A DNA stretch of 39,541 nucleotides from contig MRSU01000358.1 in assembly GCA_008369845.1 (NCBI GenBank), positions 62,001 through 101,541 of the forward strand, written 5' to 3'. Positions 31,589-39,541 of the stretch are shown here, piece after piece. Below the pieces are notes generated by a model that worked only from the letters and a program-made list of their open reading frames with translations, did not search any database and had not been told where the DNA came from. The translations under genes were made by a program, and so were the position numbers. Numbering within the stretch: the first letter of the stretch is position 1; each line of letters begins with the position of its first letter. The stretch is from Trichomonas gallinae. Taxonomy: Eukaryota.

Positions 31589-32311
31589 TTGGGTGATGAA
31601 TACTTTCTTGACTTTTATGAAAGTACAGATGTCACATTTCCATCAGACTTAGTAAAGACTGACTATACATCGATTTTAATATCAGAAGGATATATTAATT
31701 TACCAGACAATTGTTTTGCTGGATTTTCCCTGGTAACCAATATCACATTACCATCAACATTAGTCAGCATTGGAAATGATGCATTTATAGGTACAAATCT
31801 TAAAACTTTATTTATTCCTAAAAATGTTAAATCGTTAGAGGATGGAAATCCATTTGATTTAACATATACACTGCAAAGCATTGAAGTTGATCCATTAAAT
31901 CAGCATTTTACTTCAATTAATGGAATTTTATATTCCAAAGATATGAAAAAATTGATTCATTTTCCAGCCTCATTAAATATATCGAAATATTCAATTCCAT
32001 CAACCGTAGAATCAGTAGGATGGTGTGCTTTAAGTTATATTAAATTTTTAAAAATAATATTCTTACCAGAAACAATACAGAATTATATTGCATATACATT
32101 TCATGATGCACCTTCTCTAGAATATATTATTGTCAATAGAAGATTTAAGCAAAAGCATCCAATATATGGAGATTATAGTTTTGTTAATTCAAATGTTAAA
32201 GAAAATGATATTATCTATATCTATCCTGTAATGCCACCTCCAACTTGCATAACAAGATCTTATTCCCTTTATCAAAGTCTCCTTTTGTATGTTTTTATTT
32301 TAATTGATTAA
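31589..32311 (+). CDS. BspA-like leucine-rich repeat surface protein; start codon uncertain
   Basis: VTNITLPSTLVSIGNDAF, LKTLFIPKNVKSL, IEVDPLNQHFTSINGILYSKDMKKLIHFP, YSIPSTVESVG and a hydrophobic C-terminus. Frame is open from 31538; the nearest ATG (31534) is out of frame. Confidence 0.82.
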   Translation: MGDEYFLDFYESTDVTFPSDLVKTDYTSILISEGYINLPDNCFAGFSLVTNITLPSTLVSIGNDAFIGTNLKTLFIPKNVKSLEDGNPFDLTYTLQSIEVDPLNQHFTSINGILYSKDMKKLIHFPASLNISKYSIPSTVESVGWCALSYIKFLKIIFLPETIQNYIAYTFHDAPSLEYIIVNRRFKQKHPIYGDYSFVNSNVKENDIIYIYPVMPPPTCITRSYSLYQSLLLYVFILID

Positions 32312-32339
32312 AAACAAGGAATTGATGAATTATGTAAAA

Positions 32340-33169
32340 ACTGACATGGGCACCATGGGAACCGAGAAATTGAATAATTTCAACAGAACTACTTTTGACT
32401 GCTAAGTATAAAGGATTTTTTATATAAATATGATAAATCAAGCCAATAAAATACTGATAAACAATTGTGATCGATGAATCCATTATAATAACCATAAACA
32501 AATATAATAGATGAATCCTTTCAAATTCCCACTGCGCATAACATCCGCTACACAAAATTCATAAATGCATGATTTACTTTCTAAAAGCCGATTAAATACG
32601 TCGCTATGATGGTACTTCAATGCATTTTCGAGATCACTTGGATATATTTTGATATTACAATCATTATAAATAGAATTAATTATATTTTTGTTTCCACTTT
32701 TAATAATTGCAGAAGAAAATGCGTGGTTATCAATTTTTGCACCTTTAAGCTTCAAATATGTAAAACAATTTTTCAGATCCATATTTGCATTCAAACTCCA
32801 TTAATCACTGGAATTCATAACTATTGAAATCATAGGATTTCCCTTCAACCTCGATTGCAAGATTTGCCAATCTGTCATATTTGATTACTTCTTCAATTCA
32901 TTCTACAGATGCTTAATTAGTTTACAAATTTCAAGATAGAATGGAGTCCTATTAGAATGTAAATTTATTAATGAACTCAATATAAATACAACTCATGAAA
33001 TATTGATTGAAGAACATTTGATTAACTCAATAATCTCATTAAATGAAACATCAATTTGTTGATCACTTTCCAAGAGTGATACTAGCTGAGCAGCTTCCTT
33101 GAATGGTTCCGGTATTATCAATTCTTTAATGCTTTTAACATCTAGATCTTCATATTTTATTGCCACCAT
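32340..33169 (-). pseudogene. Decayed ankyrin-repeat (DUF3447-like) gene
   Basis: ATG 33169 MVAIKYEDL... with three in-frame stops, then LMEFECKYGSEK, a frameshift into CFTYLKLKGAKIDNHAFSSAIIKSGNKNII...ALKYHHSDVF, and a further shift into NPLYLAVKSSSVEIIQFLGSHGAHV. 3' boundary approximate. Confidence 0.72.
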
Positions 33170-33598
33170 TAGATTGTCAATTTTATTTCAATTTTTTATG
33201 CGAAGTCAAATAATTTTTTATTTAACCTTGAATTAAAATTTTAGTTACAATGTGTCGGTAATACAATATCATTAATAGAGCCACTGTTACATTAAGAATC
33301 GCATTTGTTGCACTTATGTGACGCTTGTTTCACATCGACAAATACTTCTCCCCAGAACAACATTTTTACAACTAAACGAGATCCACTATTTGCATTAAAT
33401 AAATGATACAATAAGGATGTCATTTTGGAAAATAATTAAATCTTTGGAAGAAAATAGGAAAGTCAAAAATGATTTGATTTTGTCATGTAAACAATATTTT
33501 GTCGTGTAAAACTGATTTTTGTCACGTAAAATATTTTAGCAAAATGTTTGACATTTTTGCGGTTTGAGCAAAGTTCAAAACCGCATAAAGTGTCAATA

Positions 33599-33681
33599 CA
33601 TTTTGAAATAGTTGTTATTCTTATCAAGGTGAATTCAAAATTGAATGAAACTGCGAAAAGTGTCACAACTATTTCCAAATG
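33599..33681. repeat. Imperfect palindromic element, copy 1 (ends in the ATG of the next gene)
   Basis: Arms cattttgaaatagttgt (33599-33615) and acaactatttccaaatg (33665-33681) are reverse complements at 16/17 positions; a second copy lies at 38844-38908. Confidence 0.75.
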
Positions 33682-34986
33682 AATGAAATTAGTATTGGAT
33701 CTGAATATCTAGCTAATTCAGCATTTTACAAAGAAGATGAGTCGTTTTCAATAGCTATAAATGACCAAGTTTTCTCAACAACTAAGCACCATGCACTTTG
33801 TTTATCGAATAAAATCAAAGGATTTTACGTAGAAGACCCAACGATCAATAAATATACAATAAATGTCAAGTGTGTGGAAAAAGACACATGCATTATCATC
33901 GAAAATCTCATTAACTACGGAATTTACAAAGGCAAAATAAATTTAAACACGAGTTTAGAGCTTTACAAGATTGGAATCGAAATGCAAAACAACGAATTAA
34001 TGCGTCAGTACGCGTCATACTTCGAAAATACTGAAATTACAATTGATAATTTAGAAGATTTTGTTGAATTCTCTTTGGAAACGAAGAATTACGCTATATG
34101 CAAGAATTTTATTACATCTCACTTTCTTGAAATCCCACAGAACAAATTGGTTGAGTTATTTATCAAATTCGGCTATGATTTCGCTGAACAAGTTTTTATT
34201 GATTCAGAACTGAATGTTAACTCAGAAGATGATATATTATTGATGAGTATAGCATTATGCACTAAATCAAACGAATTTAAACGACTTTTTGAACACATTC
34301 AACTTGAATTTTGTTCTAATGAAGCAGTTAAGCAATTCATCGAGTTCTATGAGAATGTAATAGCATGCTCAGAGTGTAGACCTTTTATTTCATGCATTAA
34401 ACGTCGTTTGTTTACTTCTGGACAAATTGATCGAAAAAATAGGAGAATGAATGCCTCTCTTAATAACCAAGCAATAGTAGCCATTAATAAATACCCGAAA
34501 ACAACAGAATTTTTCAAATTAATTTATGAATTGATAAAAAGTAATATTGAAGATAAAGAATTCCTTCATTATGCAATTGAATCAGGATACACTAAAACTA
34601 ATAATGATGCCGGGTTAAATGTTCTTCTAAAAGCTTCAGAATCAAATGATTTTCAATTATGCAAAGCATTGTTTGAATCTGGAGAGCAAGCTGATACTTT
34701 TGATGCGAATTTAAATACTGTATTGCATTGGTTTGCATACAACGGAAATGCAGAAGCAGTTTCATATTTTGTTGACAAAGTTGATATTAATTCACAAAAC
34801 ATTTCTTTAAATACAGCTTTGCATGATGCTTGTCATTATGGAAATATCAATGTTGTTAGAGTATTACTTCAAAATCATCCCAATTTAACCTTGCGAAATT
34901 CACAAAATCGCCTTGCTATAGAAGTAGCACGCAATGATGAAATGAAGCAATTAATAATAAATGCATCACGTGGATTAAGAATATAA
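33679..34986 (+). CDS. BTB/BACK-like plus ankyrin-repeat protein
   Basis: N-terminal FSIAINDQVF...ALCLSNKI...DPTINKYTI (BTB-like), SEDDILL...LFEHIQLEFCS (BACK-like), and C-terminal ankyrin repeats NTVLHWFAYNG, NTALHDACHYG. Confidence 0.75.
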   Translation: MNEISIGSEYLANSAFYKEDESFSIAINDQVFSTTKHHALCLSNKIKGFYVEDPTINKYTINVKCVEKDTCIIIENLINYGIYKGKINLNTSLELYKIGIEMQNNELMRQYASYFENTEITIDNLEDFVEFSLETKNYAICKNFITSHFLEIPQNKLVELFIKFGYDFAEQVFIDSELNVNSEDDILLMSIALCTKSNEFKRLFEHIQLEFCSNEAVKQFIEFYENVIACSECRPFISCIKRRLFTSGQIDRKNRRMNASLNNQAIVAINKYPKTTEFFKLIYELIKSNIEDKEFLHYAIESGYTKTNNDAGLNVLLKASESNDFQLCKALFESGEQADTFDANLNTVLHWFAYNGNAEAVSYFVDKVDINSQNISLNTALHDACHYGNINVVRVLLQNHPNLTLRNSQNRLAIEVARNDEMKQLIINASRGLRI

Positions 34987-35020
34987 ATTATTCAATAGCA
35001 TCATTAAACCAATAACAGGA

Positions 35021-35165
35021 TAGTACAAATCATCAAATTTCCAGTGAAATATCAAATTCAAATTATCCAATATACGAATAATTCAATAGTACAAATTTTT
35101 CAATGAAACAGCATATTCAAATTATCCAATATATCAATAATACGATTGTGCAAATCATCAAATTA
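35021..35165. repeat. Degenerate tandem repeat of about 60 bp, about 2.3 copies
   Basis: attcaaattatccaatata is identical at 35056-35074 and 35115-35133; tagtacaaat at 35021 and 35087; caaatcatcaaatt at 35026 and 35151. Confidence 0.7.
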
Positions 35166-35377
35166 TTTAATTAATTTGAATCTTTTATCATGATAAATCA
35201 ATATCATGTCTACCTTATTTGAAGAGAATAAATAGTAACTTCCAATATAACATGTTATAAAAAACATATTTTTTTCAATTTTTTGAATTTCGTTATTTAA
35301 TTTAAGTGTATATTAGATTTATACCAAATATAACGATAAAAGCAAGGTTTGAAACCAATTTCTTATATTTTTACTTA

Positions 35378-36493
35378 ATGTTTCTATTCATTACATTCGC
35401 GTTTTCTTTTATCCCTAAAGGAGCCCCACCGTCAACGTGGGATCAATACAATGCCAACATAAATGAGAACGACGGCCTTTTTAAGTGCTTTGATGGTAAA
35501 AAAACAATTACGATAGATAAAATCAACGACGACTATGCAGATTGTGCTGATGGATCCGATGAACCTGGAACATCCGCATCGAATAATGGCTTTTTCTACT
35601 GTAAAAATCCAGGATATTTCCCAGATTTAATTCCTAAATGGAGCGTTGGTGATGGAAATTGCGATTGCTGCGATGGATCTGATGAAGAAGGAAATAAGAA
35701 CGTACATTGTGAAAATAAATGCGCTGAACTCGAAATGAGCAGAAAAGAAGCGGCATCAGAACTAATTTCGGCATTTACAGAAGGTATTAAAAAGAGAAAT
35801 GCAATGGAATCAAGCGGAATAAAGATATTCAAGAGCCAAATGATTACTTTAGAGAGTTATCAAAAAGAGCTTAAAACATTAAACGAAAGTCTCGCAAATT
35901 TAAGAGAAGATTTACAACGAAGCAATGAAACAGCAGGAAGTATTCAGGTTAATACTCTGTTTCATGATTCAATTTCAAAAATTTACGATTTTACATTTGG
36001 ATGGCATCGTCCAAAGGTATCGTTCGCATCTAGATTGCAATCAGAAATAATTGATCACAAAGAAAATCGCGTTAAAGAACTCACCGAAAAAATTGATGAA
36101 TTAATCAACATTTCACAATTACCAGAAGAAGTCAAACCACTTCTCTCTATGAAGGATGAAGAACTCCGCATTGACAGGTTCACAGTTAATCTCTTTGGTC
36201 AAATTAAAGATCGTTATAACACAATTGGCTACTACAAGAGCTTTGATCGTTCAAATTACACTCTTCTTTACGATTGGGGTGACTTCTGCTTTGCTGTCGA
36301 CAGTGCTAGAAAAGCTTTTGTTGAATTGAAATGCTGGAAATCCGTAAAGCTTATTTCAAACTCAGAACCAAGAACATGTGAATACGAGTTCGTCCTTGGA
36401 ACTCCTCTTGCGTGTTCTCAGCAATCGATTGACCAATTAAATAATATGACTAAAGCAGATATCGAAGAAATGACTCGAAAGTACGATAAGTGA
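35378..36493 (+). CDS. Glucosidase II beta subunit-like (PRKCSH family) protein
   Basis: First ATG at 35378 gives a signal-like MFLFITFAFS; FKCFDG...INDDYADCADGSDEPGTSA, VGDGNCDCCDGSDE, coiled coil and MRH-type end (GDFC...R...C...EPRTCEYEF..GTPLAC). Confidence 0.88.
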   Translation: MFLFITFAFSFIPKGAPPSTWDQYNANINENDGLFKCFDGKKTITIDKINDDYADCADGSDEPGTSASNNGFFYCKNPGYFPDLIPKWSVGDGNCDCCDGSDEEGNKNVHCENKCAELEMSRKEAASELISAFTEGIKKRNAMESSGIKIFKSQMITLESYQKELKTLNESLANLREDLQRSNETAGSIQVNTLFHDSISKIYDFTFGWHRPKVSFASRLQSEIIDHKENRVKELTEKIDELINISQLPEEVKPLLSMKDEELRIDRFTVNLFGQIKDRYNTIGYYKSFDRSNYTLLYDWGDFCFAVDSARKAFVELKCWKSVKLISNSEPRTCEYEFVLGTPLACSQQSIDQLNNMTKADIEEMTRKYDK

Positions 36494-37258
36494 TTTATGA
36501 AATAAACAGTAAGTTTATTTTAAAGTTTGATATATTTATTAAAGATATAATTATATCAAAATATGTATTGGCTTTTGGCTCTAATATATATGATATTCTC
36601 GATCAAAATGTTGTTATATATAAAAGGAATGATGTTGGTGTATACAAAAGGAAGTCTATCATAAAAATATTTACATGACAATTTTGACATGTAAAACTTT
36701 GGAATAAAAAATGAAGTTGTTCACTTATGTACAAGTTTGAGATGCGCGAACTGGCTGTAGTAATGATTTCGCTGATTTAGGATTTGCGCGATTGAAATTG
36801 TTCATTTCGTCTGGTGATAGAGTGATGAACAAAATGTTAAAATCTGATTTTTGACATTTTGACAATTCAAAATTGAATGTTCAAGAATATATAAAAGAGG
36901 TTGAATAAGAGTTTAGTGCCTCAATTTGAAGCATAGTGCCAAATTAAAATATCAAGTTTTTTTATCGTAATTTTGTACATTTTTTGAAGTGTAGTACTTT
37001 CTCTTAATGTTCACATCCCGGTTGTGTAAATCAATCAATTTTGTGAAGGAAAAAAAAATTCACTTCTTTGGATAATAAAATAAGGTTACAAGAAAATCAG
37101 GTACTGACTGATATAGTAAATAAATTACTAAAATAATTGCTCAACCATCAAAAAGTGAAACGATTGTAATTTTTCAATGGAGGAAAAGTGACCGAAAAAT
37201 CAAATTTGATTTTGCTATTTTGGTTATATACATCATTTTTTATTTACAACAATTACGG

Positions 37259-37263
37259 TCACT
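37259..37263 (+). promoter_or_regulatory. Initiator (Inr)-like element TCACT
   Basis: GTCACTTTTT 15 nt upstream of ATG 37274, the same spacing as for the Nup62 gene. Confidence 0.62.
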
Positions 37264-37273
37264 TTTTATTTTT

Positions 37274-38668
37274 ATGTTTTTATACTTTTTCATTTTAACC
37301 AAATCAGATTTCGAGGATCTTAAACGGGATTTATTTGGAGATGATCGTCCACCACCTATTTCCAATACGCAAAACCCTGTAATTCAAACAACATCCAAAA
37401 ATATTTTAATTCTGAATTGTCAATTTATTAATCGTGAACAGGTTTGCGTGGTTAATAATCAGAATTTAGTGTATAATATACTTCATGCAAAATGCATATT
37501 CGAAAACGTAAAAAATACATGTTTTCAGATTAAAACAGCATCAAATATTATTCAATATCAATTTTGCGCATATAATTGTATAGATAATAATCTGAAGTAT
37601 GAAAATGCGCATTTTACTTTCATCCAAACAAATGATGCCACTAAAAATTTTGTTTTAGAGGGGTCTGTTTATAAATGCGGAATAAATTCTGAAATAAACT
37701 CTCCTTTGTGTCTAAAAAATGGAGAGATTAAAATAAACAACATAAATGTGAGTTTCAATGGAGGAAATTATGGTGCTGCATATTTGTATAATCCTGGTAG
37801 AGAAACAGTTATAGATTATTCATTTTTGAAAAGTAATGTTGGAAAAAGTGCATTAATTTTCTCAATGGATGCTTCCTCTAAATATAACAAAATGTCGTTC
37901 ATAAGTAACTCTGGTTCATGTATGTTCTTTTTTAATTCTGGTACACTAAGCACAAAAACTATTTCTTTTTTAAATTCAAATTTCATAGACAACAAAGGCA
38001 ATAATATATTTAATTCAGTCATTTTGAACACTCAAATTACTGTATCGGGATGTCATTTCGATCCAAAAAAGGAATCAGAAGGGAATATAAAATTCCAAAA
38101 TATTGTTATGGAATCTATTGAAATTGAATTTAAATTTTATTCAACTGGCCACTGTTTAGCCAGTCATGTAGGTGAAACTCCATCTGTTACACCAAAGACA
38201 ACTCCTTCGATAACACCAAAATCAACACCTTCGATAACACCAAAATCAACACCTTCGATAACACCAAAATCAACTCCTTCGATAACACCAAAAACAACAC
38301 CTTCGATAACACCAAAAACAACTCCTTCAATAACACCAAAATCAACTCCTTCAATAACACCAAAAACAACACCTTCGATAACACCAAAATCAACTCCTTC
38401 GATAACACCAAAATCAACTCCTTCAATAACACCAAAATCAACTCCTTCAATAACACCAAAGACAACACCTTCGATAACACCAAAATCAACTCCTTCAATA
38501 AAACCAAAATCAACACCAAGATTGACCCCTCCAATTACGCCTTCAGTAACTCAAACACCATCAGCAGCAAAAGGTTCTAAAAAAGAAACTGATATACCTA
38601 GACATCGATTGATATTTTATAGACATATGATGCTTAATGAGCACAAAAATAAAAAGAGGAACAAATAA
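37274..38668 (+). CDS. Putative secreted protein: Asn/Cys-rich beta-helix-like domain plus Thr/Pro/Ser mucin-like repeat
   Basis: ATG 37274 after an Inr, hydrophobic MFLYFFIL start, repeated F..N motifs (NCQFIN, SFISN, SNFIDN, GCHFD), 14 TPSITPK(S/T) units and a basic C-terminus. Confidence 0.75.
   Translation: MFLYFFILTKSDFEDLKRDLFGDDRPPPISNTQNPVIQTTSKNILILNCQFINREQVCVVNNQNLVYNILHAKCIFENVKNTCFQIKTASNIIQYQFCAYNCIDNNLKYENAHFTFIQTNDATKNFVLEGSVYKCGINSEINSPLCLKNGEIKINNINVSFNGGNYGAAYLYNPGRETVIDYSFLKSNVGKSALIFSMDASSKYNKMSFISNSGSCMFFFNSGTLSTKTISFLNSNFIDNKGNNIFNSVILNTQITVSGCHFDPKKESEGNIKFQNIVMESIEIEFKFYSTGHCLASHVGETPSVTPKTTPSITPKSTPSITPKSTPSITPKSTPSITPKTTPSITPKTTPSITPKSTPSITPKTTPSITPKSTPSITPKSTPSITPKSTPSITPKTTPSITPKSTPSIKPKSTPRLTPPITPSVTQTPSAAKGSKKETDIPRHRLIFYRHMMLNEHKNKKRNK
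38177..38512 (+). repeat. 24-bp coding minisatellite, 14 units (TPSITPK[S/T])
   Basis: acWccttcRataacaccaaaRWca units in perfect phase from 38177 to 38512. Confidence 0.95.
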
Positions 38669-38843
38669 CTAAATTCTGAGCTATTTGTCATTGATAATAT
38701 TCGAATCCGTCATAATTGAAAAATTGTTATAATCTTTATTTTGTTTTGAAAATATTATGCTATCTATCAAATATTTATAATTTCGGAATCCAATAAACTA
38801 TTTTTAATGTTTGGTTTAACCCTTAGCTAAAAATTTGAACTCA

Positions 38844-38908
38844 CATTTTAGCAATAATTGTTATTCTTTTCAAGGTGAATTGAAAAGTATCACAACTATT
38901 TTGACATG
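38844..38908. repeat. Imperfect palindromic element, copy 2
   Basis: Shares 23/24 nt (38858-38881 vs 33612-33635) and 19/20 nt (38882-38901 vs 33655-33674) with copy 1; arms fold around a ggtgaa loop. Confidence 0.75.
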
Positions 38909-39145
38909 AAGAAAAAAATAATTATTATGGTTCATAGAAGAGTGCCGGCAGAAAATTGCCGGAGAAAAGACTTAAAAATATGAAATTTAGATTGCAAGAA
39001 ATATGTTTATGAATGGATCTGCTATTTGCGGATTGCATTGGCATCACTTCATCAGAGATCTATCGAACTTACATCCCTTATCGCATATAATACTTATTAA
39101 ATCGAATAATACTACATCTGGAAGAAAATTCACATTTTATTCATC

Positions 39146-39504
39146 CTATAAATCAAAATAAAGGATAGATAAGAAAACTGTCAAACCAATGCCATATTGT
39201 ATAGATAAAGAATCAATCATTAATGTAAAAAATGAATCGCACATCATAAAATTTGGCATCAGAATATAATTACTTTCATTGGTATTATCTTTTTGATCTA
39301 TCGTTGAAGGAGATACTGCCGTATATGTTTGTTTAAATGAATTCTTGATTAATATGCAATTTGAGACAAACATATGAGAAGTTCCTAAGTAATAATATGA
39401 ATAAAGCCCATAATGGGCACTATTTCTCACGAATTCACATGATATAAAAAAGCATTGCATTCATTTTCACAGACTATTGTTCCCTGGCAAAAGAAGCAAG
39501 TGTA
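39146..39504 (-). CDS. 3' fragment of a probable membrane-anchored surface protein, truncated at the window end
   Basis: CEFVRN and SNCILIKN beta-helix-like motifs and a hydrophobic C-terminus. One extra T in a T6 run would join the upstream frame YTCFFCQGTIVCENECNAF. Confidence 0.5.
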
Positions 39505-39541
39505 TTTTTTTTTTTTTTTTTTTTTTTGGGGGGGGGGGTAA

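Noticed and set aside
36822..36847. Box C (GTGATGA) and CTGA suggesting a C/D snoRNA
   Set aside because: The boxes are too close, with no terminal stem or suitably placed box D that I could find.
38177..38512. CRISPR-like regular array
   Set aside because: Contiguous in-frame 24-bp units with no unique spacers, inside a eukaryotic CDS, and no cas genes.
39505..39541. T23-G11 run as a retroelement tail or telomere
   Set aside because: It sits at the sequence end and interrupts a coding-like frame; most likely a read or assembly artefact.

Overview
AT-rich, intron-free eukaryotic DNA with closely spaced genes. Gene families, Inr-like TCAYT elements and TAAA signals overlapping stop codons point to a trichomonad (Trichomonas-like parabasalid); this assignment is an inference. 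The window encodes a 5'-truncated bacterial-type adenine deaminase, an intact transmembrane PAS-adenylyl cyclase, a Ser/Thr kinase, an R2R3 Myb protein, two BspA-like LRR proteins with uncertain starts, an ATG2-like protein and an ankyrin protein. It also encodes an ABCA half transporter, a large acidic repeat protein, Nup62/Nsp1, AP-1 gamma adaptin, a BTB/BACK-like ankyrin protein, glucosidase II beta and a mucin-repeat secreted protein. Two decayed genes (CAP-domain, ankyrin) are present and the window end is low quality. The least explained signals are an 11-mer TGACAYGTAAA seen 9 times, only in intergenic DNA; a two-copy palindromic element whose arm ends in a start codon; about 20-bp phased promoter repeats; a shared Thr-Cys plus hydrophobic C-terminus on surface proteins; and an FG-less Nup62. 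All calls were made by eye without database searches.
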